Under the pieces are notes generated by a model. That model saw only the letters and a program-made list of their open reading frames with translations. It was not told the origin of the DNA and did not search any database. Below, piece by piece: positions 48,818 through 57,144 of a DNA stretch of 64,000 nucleotides. The DNA is from Candidatus Omnitrophota bacterium. GTDB taxonomy: Bacteria > Omnitrophota > Gorgyraeia > Gygaellales > Profunditerraquicolaceae. The first letter of the stretch is position 1. Each line of letters opens with the position of its first letter. The stretch is from positions 96,001 to 160,000 of the forward strand of contig JBEKSD010000001.1 in the NCBI GenBank assembly GCA_049517335.1, given 5' to 3'. Made by a program: the position numbers and the translations under genes.

Positions 48818-51727
48818 ATGAATAAAGTTTTGGAAGGTTTAAATAACGAGCAGGTTAAGGCAGTAACCCATAAAGAGGGACCGCTTCTTATAATCGCCGG
48901 CGCAGGTACAGGTAAAACCTCGGTTATTACCCGTAGGATTTCTTGGCTTATTTCAGAAGGGTTTGCCAAGACTGAGGAAATTTTAGCGCTTACCTTTACG
49001 GATAAAGCCGCGAAAGAGATGCAGGAGCGAGTGGATATCCTGCTTCCTTATGGTTATACGGATATATGGATTTCTACGTTTCACGCTTTCGGAGACAGGC
49101 TACTGCGTGAAAACGCGCTGCTTTACGGATTAAGTCCCGATTTTAAGATTTTGACCCAGTCGGAAGCCGCGGTTTTTTTCCGCGAGCATTTGTTTGAATT
49201 CAATTTATCATACTTTCGGCCCCTCTCTGAACCTACCCGTTTCATTGAAGCCCTTATTTCATTTTTCAGTCGCGCCAAAGATGAAGATATCTCACCAAAA
49301 GATTATCTGAAATATGCTCAGGATTTTATGATTCAGGCGAAGAATAATTCAGGCGATGCGGCTTTGCAGGAAGAAGCAGAGCTTCAGATGGAGGTAGCCC
49401 TGGCTTACCTAAAATATCAGGAACTTTTAACAAAAGAGGGGTTGTTAGATTTTGGAAACCAGTTTTATCTTGCTTTACAGCTTTTGCGCGAGCACCCGAT
49501 GGCATTAAAGAGATACCAGGATCAGTTTAAATATATCTTAGTTGATGAATTTCAGGATACTAATTTTGCGCAGTATCAATTGGCGCGCCTGCTTGCCGGG
49601 GGCTACAATAATATAACCGTGACAGGGGATGATGATCAGTGTATTTACCGTTTCCGCGGAGCGGCTTATTCCAACCTTTTAAGTTTTATGCAGGATTTTC
49701 CCAAAGCGTCCAAGGTGAGCTTAATCCAGAACTACCGCTCAACTCAAAGTATCCTTGATTCAGCTTACCGCTTAATTCAGCAGAATAATCCGGAGCGTTT
49801 TGAGGCCAAGGCTGGCATAGACAAGCGTCTGATTAGCATCTTTAAAGAAGGAAAAACGCCGGAGCATTTACATTTTGATACGCGCTCCACCGAAGCGGAT
49901 AATGTCGCCCGTATAATTAAGGAAAAAGTATCAGTGGCAAAATATAAATTCCGTGATTTCGCTATCCTCGTGCGTTCTAATTCAGACGCGGATAGTTTCC
50001 TGCAAGCATTGAACATACAGGATATCCCTTGGCAGTTTAGTGGCAATCAAGGTCTGTACGCAAGGGAAGAGGTGAAGCTTTGCATAAATTTCCTGCGCGT
50101 TATCGCTAACCCTTCCGATTCATTGAGCCTTTATTATTTGGCAAGCTCTGAGGTCTATCCGATTGAGCTTTCGGATCTTGTTATTTGTAATCATTATGCC
50201 CGCCGCCGCAATAAAACTTTATATGCGGTACTAAGGGAGCTGCAAACTATTCCTGATTTATCCGGCGTATGTGAGGAATCAAAAAAGAAAATAGAGGGAC
50301 TCATCGGTGATATTGATAAATACCTTAAAATCGCCCGCGAAGAGACGACAGGACGGCTGCTTTATTCATTTTTGACCGAATCTAGTTATTTAAAGAAGCT
50401 GACCAAAGAACAAACTTTGGAGAGTGAAAGCAAGATTCTGAATCTTGCTAAGTTTTTTAACCATGTGCGCGATTTTGAGCTGGTGGCAAAAGAAGACAGG
50501 GTATTCTGTTTTGTGAATTACCTCAATCTCCTGATTGAAGCCGGAGATGATCCTCCTACGGTAGAAGCTGATTTGGATTCTGACGCGGTTAATGTGCTCA
50601 CGATACATAAGGCTAAAGGTCTTGAATTCAGGGTAGTATTCATGGTCAGCCTTGTTCAGGGTCGCTTTCCTTGGCCGCGCAGGGCGCAGTCAATTGAACT
50701 GCCTAATTCCTTAATCAAGGAAGTCTTGCCTATGGGTGATTTCCATATTCAAGAAGAAAGACGCCTGTTTTACGTGGGTATGACGCGTGCAAAAGAAGAG
50801 CTCTATCTAACCAGTGCCGAAGATTACGGCGGAAAGCGCCTGAAGCGGATAAGCCAGTTTGTTTTTGAGGCCTTGGGAACAGAGAATAAAGAAAAAGAAA
50901 AAAAGAAAGCAAGCGCGCTTGAAGCGATAGAGCGGTTTGCCTTTAAGAAAGAACCGGTAAAATCAAATCTTAAATCCGCATCCGTAGATAAACCGCTTTC
51001 ATTAAGTTATTACCAGATTGATGATTATCTTACCTGTCCCCTAAAATACAAATATGTAAATATTCTGCGCGTGCCCATTACGGAGCACCATACGGTAATT
51101 TACGGACGGGCAATGCATGATGCGGTGAGTAGTTATTTCCAGTATAAAATGGCGGGTCGAGAAATTACCGTTGCCGGGCTATTGGGATTATTTAGAGAGA
51201 GTTTTGACCCTCAGGGGTTTCTGGATTTGAAGCATCAGGAGGAACGGCTCAGGGTGGGCGAGCAGGCATTAATCCGTTTTTTTAACGATGAAAAAGTGCG
51301 TAACGCTAAGCCGAAATTCATTGAAAAGGAATTTTCTTTTCACCTTGGAGAGATAAAGATCTCGGGAAGGTTTGACCGGGTGGATGAGGATAAAGAAGGA
51401 GTAGTTATTATTGACTTTAAGACCTCGGATATTAAAACCCAGAAGGACGCGGATAAACGGTTTAAAGAAAATAAGCAGCTTATCCTTTACTCGCTTGCTT
51501 ATAGAAATATATTCAGTTTACTGCCTGCGAAAGTTGAGCTTTTTTTCCTTGAATCGGGCCTGACTGCCGGCAGGGGGGTAGCAGAAGAAGATTTTGCAGC
51601 GGTAATTGAAGAAATTGAAGCAGTTGCTTCGGGCATACGGAGTGAAAATTTCAGAGCTACTCCCTCCTATAACAATTGCAATTATTGCGCTTATAACCAG
51701 ATCTGTCCTTTTGTGTTGGTGAGGTAG
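48818..51727 (+). CDS. UvrD/PcrA-family SF1 helicase fused to a C-terminal PD-(D/E)xK nuclease with four Cys
   Basis: AGAGTGKT, LVDEFQDTN, GDDDQ.IY.FRGA, NYRS, TIHKAKGLEF, EERRLFYVGMTRA; then LTCPLKY, GRFDRVD, IIDFKT, QL.LY, CNYCAYNQIC. Confidence 0.93.
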   Translation: MNKVLEGLNNEQVKAVTHKEGPLLIIAGAGTGKTSVITRRISWLISEGFAKTEEILALTFTDKAAKEMQERVDILLPYGYTDIWISTFHAFGDRLLRENALLYGLSPDFKILTQSEAAVFFREHLFEFNLSYFRPLSEPTRFIEALISFFSRAKDEDISPKDYLKYAQDFMIQAKNNSGDAALQEEAELQMEVALAYLKYQELLTKEGLLDFGNQFYLALQLLREHPMALKRYQDQFKYILVDEFQDTNFAQYQLARLLAGGYNNITVTGDDDQCIYRFRGAAYSNLLSFMQDFPKASKVSLIQNYRSTQSILDSAYRLIQQNNPERFEAKAGIDKRLISIFKEGKTPEHLHFDTRSTEADNVARIIKEKVSVAKYKFRDFAILVRSNSDADSFLQALNIQDIPWQFSGNQGLYAREEVKLCINFLRVIANPSDSLSLYYLASSEVYPIELSDLVICNHYARRRNKTLYAVLRELQTIPDLSGVCEESKKKIEGLIGDIDKYLKIAREETTGRLLYSFLTESSYLKKLTKEQTLESESKILNLAKFFNHVRDFELVAKEDRVFCFVNYLNLLIEAGDDPPTVEADLDSDAVNVLTIHKAKGLEFRVVFMVSLVQGRFPWPRRAQSIELPNSLIKEVLPMGDFHIQEERRLFYVGMTRAKEELYLTSAEDYGGKRLKRISQFVFEALGTENKEKEKKKASALEAIERFAFKKEPVKSNLKSASVDKPLSLSYYQIDDYLTCPLKYKYVNILRVPITEHHTVIYGRAMHDAVSSYFQYKMAGREITVAGLLGLFRESFDPQGFLDLKHQEERLRVGEQALIRFFNDEKVRNAKPKFIEKEFSFHLGEIKISGRFDRVDEDKEGVVIIDFKTSDIKTQKDADKRFKENKQLILYSLAYRNIFSLLPAKVELFFLESGLTAGRGVAEEDFAAVIEEIEAVASGIRSENFRATPSYNNCNYCAYNQICPFVLVR

Positions 51728-51729
51728 TT

Positions 51730-51903
51730 ATGGAAGCAAAGATTGGGCATTTGAAGGTGTCTATATTTAAGATAAAAAACCGCTGCGGTTATGCTACGGT
51801 GTGTTTTGACCATCTTACCGAAGGAGAAACTCCTCAGGTTGCATACGAGCGTATGGTCAAGGCGCTGCGCAGGACAAACAAAGAAGAAACGGGTAAAAAA
51901 TGA
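51730..51903 (+). CDS. 57-aa hypothetical protein with a HicB-N-like pattern, absent from the ORF track
   Basis: SD GAGG; MEAKIGHLKVSIFKIKNRCGYATVCFDHLTEGETPQVAYERMVKALRRTNKEETGKK. Fills the gap exactly and ends in an ATGA overlap with the next gene. Confidence 0.75.
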   Translation: MEAKIGHLKVSIFKIKNRCGYATVCFDHLTEGETPQVAYERMVKALRRTNKEETGKK

Positions 51904-52370
51904 TGCAGAAAAAATATATGTGCCTTGCTATAAAAGAAGCAGAGCTCAACTTAAAAAATATAGACGGAGGGCCTTTCGGCGCCTGCATTGTAAAGGGGAA
52001 TAAAATTTTGGCTGTCGCCCGCAGCACCGTATTAAAAAATGACGCCACCTCGCACGCTGAAATTAACGCGATACGCAAGGCTTCTAAAAAGATAAGGAAT
52101 TTTGATTTAAGCGGCGCGGTACTATATTCAACGACTGAGCCCTGCCCCATGTGTTTTAGCGCTACTCACTGGGCGCGTATCTCAACCATTGTTTATGGGA
52201 CAAATATATCCGATGCCAAAAGAATCGGCTTTAACGAACTCAAAATCAGTAATTTCAAGATTAAGCGTATGGGAAAGAGTAAGATTAAGATAGTTAAGGG
52301 TTTTATGCTCAAGGAGTGCCGGAAACTCTTTGAGGACTGGGGCTCACTGGAGAATAAAAGGCTCTATTAA
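51900..52370 (+). CDS. Nucleoside/guanine deaminase (cytidine deaminase superfamily)
   Basis: GGPFGACIV, HAEINAIR, EPCPMC. Confidence 0.92.
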   Translation: MMQKKYMCLAIKEAELNLKNIDGGPFGACIVKGNKILAVARSTVLKNDATSHAEINAIRKASKKIRNFDLSGAVLYSTTEPCPMCFSATHWARISTIVYGTNISDAKRIGFNELKISNFKIKRMGKSKIKIVKGFMLKECRKLFEDWGSLENKRLY

Positions 52371-52374
52371 AAAA

Positions 52375-53454
52375 ATGGTAAAATCTATGCAAAGAATAAT
52401 GAAAATTCTGATATGGTTTCTGGCGTTGTTTATCCTTATTTTTATCATCGCCACCGTGATTATCGCGCTTTACGGTAAGAAAATAGTTGAAATTCAGATT
52501 GAAAAGAATTTGAAGATGGAAACGCATCTGGACAGTATGTCTTTAAATTTTCCCTTTACAGTTAATTTGAATAATTTAGAGGTGGGGAAACTTTTTAAGG
52601 CGGATAAGATTTCAATTTCTCCGAATATATTCAGTTTATTTCCCAAAAAACTGGTTTTAGGCACAGTCGTATTGGTCAGGCCGCTCGTCAGCCTCGAGCA
52701 GGCTGAGGACGGTTCTTTGAATATCCCTAAATTTGAGCAGAAGGGCGCACGGCCGCCGGTACTCATAACCGGGTTAGTTATTAAGGGGGGCAGGTTTATT
52801 TTTATTGACCACAAGGTCAGGAAAGAAGGGTTTAAAGTACTGTTAAATAATATTAATGCTAGCATTTCAAAAGTTACCTTCCCTTTAAACTCACTAAGCG
52901 TAAATTTTAGATTGTCGGTAGATATTATGGACAGTGATTACAAAATAATAGGAAGCGCTGTTTCCGGTGGTCATATTGATTTTACGCGTAAGAATATGGA
53001 TGTGAATATGAAGATTAAGGATCTGGATATAACCTATTTTTCTTCTTATTACGGGACTTTCATATCAAAGAGAAAACTCTTATCCGCGAAGCTTAATTTT
53101 AATTCCAAACTAGAGGCAGAAAATAATGATTTGAATATTAATTCCAAGCTTAGGCTTTCAAACCTTATATATGCCGAAACCGCTCAAGTAGAGGGAGAGC
53201 TGCCTGAACTTAACCTGGCAAAGGATGCGCTAGATCTTTTTACGGATGAAAACGGCAATCTAGACCTTGAATTTGAAATTAAGACAAAATTGGATAATCC
53301 GTCCTTAAGTGTGGAGCAATTGAAGAAAGTAATACTTAAAGCCGCCGCTAAGAACTTAATGAGCTCTAATCCCGTAACGCTAATTGAAAAGATACAGCAA
53401 AAACTTGACCAATATAAAGGACTCGGTGAGCAGTTCAAGAAGATATTTAGATAA
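52375..53454 (+). CDS. DUF748/AsmA-like envelope protein
   Basis: N-terminal TM anchor, long beta-rich body, L..D.NGNLDLEF.I...LDNP; start codon uncertain. Confidence 0.7.
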   Translation: MVKSMQRIMKILIWFLALFILIFIIATVIIALYGKKIVEIQIEKNLKMETHLDSMSLNFPFTVNLNNLEVGKLFKADKISISPNIFSLFPKKLVLGTVVLVRPLVSLEQAEDGSLNIPKFEQKGARPPVLITGLVIKGGRFIFIDHKVRKEGFKVLLNNINASISKVTFPLNSLSVNFRLSVDIMDSDYKIIGSAVSGGHIDFTRKNMDVNMKIKDLDITYFSSYYGTFISKRKLLSAKLNFNSKLEAENNDLNINSKLRLSNLIYAETAQVEGELPELNLAKDALDLFTDENGNLDLEFEIKTKLDNPSLSVEQLKKVILKAAAKNLMSSNPVTLIEKIQQKLDQYKGLGEQFKKIFR

Positions 53455-53522
53455 GGAAAACTTAAAGAAAGTTTGGTTCTTAGGGTGTATTTAAGTTTAG
53501 GTATTAAAAGTAAAAATTTATT

Positions 53523-53549
53523 TTGACAAAACTGTAGTTCGTGTATAAT
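53523..53549 (+). promoter_or_regulatory. Putative promoter of the speD-like gene
   Basis: TTGACA and TATAAT with a short 15-bp spacer; the ATG lies 9 nt after the -10 box. Confidence 0.5.
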
Positions 53550-53558
53550 AAATACGAT

Positions 53559-54002
53559 ATGGCAGTCAACAGAATACTACAGATTGAACCTGAAGCGCTG
53601 AAGAAGCCGGAATCTATCAAGAAAAACGCGCGGATATTCGGTTACGAGTTATTGCTTGATCTTTATGATTGTAAGCCGGGGGTTTGCGACGACTTGGCGC
53701 TTTGCTACAGGTTTTTGGATGAATTCGTGGATTACCTGGGGATGGAGAAGCAGTCTCCCCCGAGCATATTTTTTACGGATGCCAAGCGTTTCCCGGACAA
53801 AGCAGGGCTTTCCGGCTGGGCCCCTCTGGTTGAAAGCTCCATTGTGATACATACTTTAAGCGTAACGAATTTTATTTCCATAGATGTTTATTGCTGTAAA
53901 GAATTTGATACCAGTAAAGCCAAATTATTCGTGCAAAAGTTTTTCTCGCCCAAGCGCATGGATGAGCAGTTCCTTCTGCGCGGAGTTGATTACTATAAAT
54001 AA
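53559..54002 (+). CDS. Pyruvoyl-dependent S-adenosylmethionine decarboxylase (SpeD) family protein
   Basis: G.ELLLDLYDC, GLSGW..LVE|SSIVIHT, IDVY.CKEFD. Confidence 0.85.
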   Translation: MAVNRILQIEPEALKKPESIKKNARIFGYELLLDLYDCKPGVCDDLALCYRFLDEFVDYLGMEKQSPPSIFFTDAKRFPDKAGLSGWAPLVESSIVIHTLSVTNFISIDVYCCKEFDTSKAKLFVQKFFSPKRMDEQFLLRGVDYYK

Positions 54003-54010
54003 ATCCCCAT

Positions 54011-54373
54011 ATGAAAAAAATTGATTGTAACAAATGCTCACAGATGAGCCATTGCTGCCAGACAGGTTCTTGGGCCGACCTTGAAGAAGCTAAAAAAATC
54101 CTGGAGCTGGGCCTTAAGGGGGAGTTTTATCATTTGGAAAAAGACCCTGATTTTCCTTCTGGCTATAGAATCGGCACCTGTATCGGATGCAGCCCTTGTA
54201 CATTCTTGACCCCGGACGGGCTTTGTTCCATTCATATAGTTGATTATAATTTAAAGCCCGCAATGTGCAAGGAGTTCCCCTATGAAAAGGGTAAGCTTGC
54301 GCCTTTTGTTAATGAGTTATGCATAATGCATAAGAAGGATAAGAAAAAGAAGAGTAAAAAAACTTCTAGGTAA
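54011..54373 (+). CDS. YkgJ-family (CxxCxxCC) Fe-S/Zn cluster protein
   Basis: CNKCSQMSHCC, CTFL..DGLCSIH, KPAMCKEFP. Confidence 0.85.
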   Translation: MKKIDCNKCSQMSHCCQTGSWADLEEAKKILELGLKGEFYHLEKDPDFPSGYRIGTCIGCSPCTFLTPDGLCSIHIVDYNLKPAMCKEFPYEKGKLAPFVNELCIMHKKDKKKKSKKTSR

Positions 54374-54406
54374 TCCTTTCGTTTCTCAGTAAATATCCAT
54401 TCTTAA

Positions 54407-54506
54407 ATTGTAATTGGTAAATGGTAAGCGGTAAATAGTAATTCAGGAAGTAATTACGGATGATTTAAAATTACCAATTACGAATTACCAGTTACTTTTT
54501 TACAAT
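54407..54506. repeat. Inverted pair of heptamer arrays, (NNNGTAA)x5 ... (TTACNNN)x5
   Basis: GTAA at 54410/17/24/31/38; TTAC at 54471/78/85/92 and 54500; central GTAATTAC palindrome. Confidence 0.85.
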
Positions 54507-54521
54507 TATTCAGGAGGCAGT

Positions 54522-55472
54522 ATGTTTAGAGAGAAAATAAAAGTTTTGGATTGCACTATCCGTGACGGGGGCCTGATCAATAACCATGATTTTGATTTTA
54601 AGTTTGTGAAGGCGGTTTACGCGGCACTTTCCGCAGCAGGCATAGATTATATGGAAATAGGCTATAAGAATTCCAAAAGGTTGTTTTCTCCCAAGGACTT
54701 CGGTATCTGGAAATTCTGCGACGACGAGGATATCAGGAAAGTAACGGAAGGGATAAAGTCAGGTACTAAAATATCCGTAATGGTGGACGTAGATAGGGTT
54801 GACATTGAAGACATCAAGCCGCGGAAATTAAGTCCCGTATCCATGATCAGGGTCGCTTCATACGTTAAGGATATCGATAAGGCGATATTTTTGGCAAATC
54901 ATTTTTCGGATAAGGGCTATGAAACAACGGTGAACATTATGGCTATTTCAAGGGCTTTGGACAATGAACTAAACGAATGCCTGCACCAGTTGGAAGAAGA
55001 ATGTAAAGCGCAGGTTATTTACATTGTGGATAGTTTCGGCTCGCTTTACCAGGAAACAACGGAATTCCTCATCAAAAAAGCAAAGAGTATACTTAAAAGT
55101 AAGGAAGTAGGGATGCATGCGCATAACAATCAGCAGCTTGGGTTTTCCAATACCATTGAGGCAATAATCCATGACGCTAACTATGTTGACGCGACTGTCT
55201 ATGGCTTAGGCAGGGCTGCCGGGAATTGCCCCTTGGAGTTGGTTTTAGGGTTCCTTAAGAACCCTAAGTTTGATATCCGCCCGGTTTTAGATTTGATTTC
55301 CAAAGAATTCATTCTTCTGCGTAATAAGCTTGAGTGGGGATACCTTATTCCTTATGCCATCACCGGGATGTTTGATGAACATCCCCGCGCGGCAATAGCT
55401 TTGCGCGAAAGCGAAAATAAAGAAAATTACCGCGAATTTTATGAGAGTTTAGCCGGAGGGGATGAGGAATAA
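54522..55472 (+). CDS. DRE-TIM metallolyase, 4-hydroxy-2-oxovalerate aldolase-like
   Basis: LDCTIRDGG, YIVDSFGS, GMHAHNN..L, G.GRAAGNCPLE. Confidence 0.85.
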   Translation: MFREKIKVLDCTIRDGGLINNHDFDFKFVKAVYAALSAAGIDYMEIGYKNSKRLFSPKDFGIWKFCDDEDIRKVTEGIKSGTKISVMVDVDRVDIEDIKPRKLSPVSMIRVASYVKDIDKAIFLANHFSDKGYETTVNIMAISRALDNELNECLHQLEEECKAQVIYIVDSFGSLYQETTEFLIKKAKSILKSKEVGMHAHNNQQLGFSNTIEAIIHDANYVDATVYGLGRAAGNCPLELVLGFLKNPKFDIRPVLDLISKEFILLRNKLEWGYLIPYAITGMFDEHPRAAIALRESENKENYREFYESLAGGDEE

Positions 55473-56102
55473 ATGAATGTAGCTGATTTTAAAAAACTGC
55501 CTATTTTAGGTATTTTACGCGGTATTGAATTACCCTCAGTTGAACCTCTCGTAGAAACCATTATTTCCAGCGGCTTAAAAACCATTGAAATTACCATGAA
55601 TACGGTTGATGCGCCGGAGTTAATCAGGAAAACAGTTAGCGTTGCAGCAGGCCGCCTGACTATCGGAGCAGGGACGGTGCTTAATTTGAAGGATTTAGAG
55701 AAGGCGCTTTCCTCCGGCGCCAGTTTTATTGTTTCGCCGGTTTTAGTGGATAGCGTTATGGAATATTGCGTAAAGAATAGAGTGCCGGTTTTCCCCGGAG
55801 CGCTTACTCCTTCGGAAATATACAAGGCTTGGCTTGCGGGCGCCACTATGGTAAAGGTCTTTCCGGCAAAGTTTTTCGGTCCTGATTATTTCAGGGAAAT
55901 TAAAGGCCCTTTTTCCGATATTGAACTTTTAGTCTGTGCCGGTGTGACTGCGCAAAATATGCACGAGTACTTATCAACCGGCGCTTCGGCTATTACTTTC
56001 GGCGCGAGCGTCTTTAAGAAGGAATGGCTGCAAAATAAGGATTACGAAAAGATAGGTGGTGCAATTAGGGAATTTGTCCGGAAATTCAAAGGGGGAAGAT
56101 GA
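55473..56102 (+). CDS. eda: KDPG/KHG aldolase
   Basis: GILRG, IEITM, IGAGTVL, FIVSP, PGALTPSE, VKVFPA. Confidence 0.9.
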   Translation: MNVADFKKLPILGILRGIELPSVEPLVETIISSGLKTIEITMNTVDAPELIRKTVSVAAGRLTIGAGTVLNLKDLEKALSSGASFIVSPVLVDSVMEYCVKNRVPVFPGALTPSEIYKAWLAGATMVKVFPAKFFGPDYFREIKGPFSDIELLVCAGVTAQNMHEYLSTGASAITFGASVFKKEWLQNKDYEKIGGAIREFVRKFKGGR

Positions 56103-56108
56103 AATAAA

Positions 56109-56750
56109 ATGACTAGATCTTTGAATAATATTGAACAGAAAATGAAAGATTTGGATATTGGCTCGTTACGGTATCATATCCTGGAGAATGCCAAAAATTT
56201 TAAGGTCTCTTGGGTAGAGTTAGGCAGATCTTTATACACCGTATGGAAAGAAAAGCTTTATAAGGATTGGGGATATAGCACTCTTGACGCTTATGCGGGA
56301 AAGGAAATCGGTATCCGCAAGCAGACCGCGATGAAACTGCTTAAGTCTTATTATTTTCTGGAAAAAGAAGAGCCGCAATATTTAAAGCAGGAGTATATAC
56401 AAAACGCGCAGGCGTCACGTGTCCCGAGTTATGAATCGGTAGACCTCCTGCGTAAGGCTAAATCCAAAAAAACTCTTGATACGCAGGATTACGCGGATAT
56501 TAAAAAAGGGGTGTTTGAGAACGGCAAAGACGCGCAGGAAATCAGGAAGGACCTTACCGCGCTCATCAGGCAGAGGCAGGAACTTGAACCTGAAGAAGCC
56601 TATGAAAGAAAAAGGCTTGCTACGGTGCGCAGGTTCCTGGGGACTTTAAAGGCGCTTAAGAAAGAAGTTGAAATAGCCAAGCTCTTGCCCGGCCCCCTGA
56701 TTGAGGAGATAAATGCGTTGGTAAGTAAGCTTGAGGAAGAATTAAGGTAA
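56109..56750 (+). CDS. Conserved hypothetical protein (possible DNA-binding, DUF3102-like N-terminus)
   Basis: SWVELG..L..V...KLY..WGY.T...Y...EIGI...TA.KL. Confidence 0.7.
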   Translation: MTRSLNNIEQKMKDLDIGSLRYHILENAKNFKVSWVELGRSLYTVWKEKLYKDWGYSTLDAYAGKEIGIRKQTAMKLLKSYYFLEKEEPQYLKQEYIQNAQASRVPSYESVDLLRKAKSKKTLDTQDYADIKKGVFENGKDAQEIRKDLTALIRQRQELEPEEAYERKRLATVRRFLGTLKALKKEVEIAKLLPGPLIEEINALVSKLEEELR

Positions 56751-56772
56751 AGGAAGGTAAAGGAAGATTATG

Positions 56773-56801
56773 TTGACTTGTGTTGCAAAGTATCGTATAA
56801 T
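56773..56801 (+). promoter_or_regulatory. Sigma70 promoter of rpsO-pnp
   Basis: TTGACT (56773)-17 bp-TATAAT (56796). Confidence 0.8.
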
Positions 56802-56834
56802 TATTAAATAAATTGACATAAGGAGGTGAAGGAA

Positions 56835-57104
56835 TTGGTTTTGGTAAAGGAAAAGAAATTAAAAATCATCGATGATTTTAAGACACACGCTCGGGATACC
56901 GGCTCAGCCGAGGTCCAGATCGCCATTTTAACCGAGAGAATTAACATTTTAGGTGATCATTTTAAGCTGCATAAAAAGGATCACCTTTCTCGCCGCGGGC
57001 TGCTTACTCTTGTAGGCAAGCGACGCAGACTCCTCAATTATCTCAAATCCAGGGACGTCAAGAAATACGAAGAAGTCCTGGGTAAGCTTAATTTGAGAAA
57101 GTAA
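56835..57104 (+). CDS. rpsO: 30S ribosomal protein S15
   Basis: [39 protein letters not shown] 56835 is correctly spaced from AGGAGG. Confidence 0.97.
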   Translation: MVLVKEKKLKIIDDFKTHARDTGSAEVQIAILTERINILGDHFKLHKKDHLSRRGLLTLVGKRRRLLNYLKSRDVKKYEEVLGKLNLRK

Positions 57105-57144
57105 AGCCTTTTTGAGGGTTCAATAACATAAGGAAAATTATTTT

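Noticed and set aside
51791-52003. 70-aa ORF from the track
   Set aside because: It overlaps the deaminase out of frame. The 51730-51903 frame has the SD and fits the gap exactly.
53458-53498. AAACTTAAA/TTTAAGTTT inverted repeat as a terminator
   Set aside because: The stem is AT-only with a long loop, which could arise by chance in AT-rich intergenic DNA.
56744-56766. 10-bp tandem duplication AAGGTAAAGG x2 at a stop codon
   Set aside because: Two copies in purine-rich sequence; most likely a simple slippage duplication.
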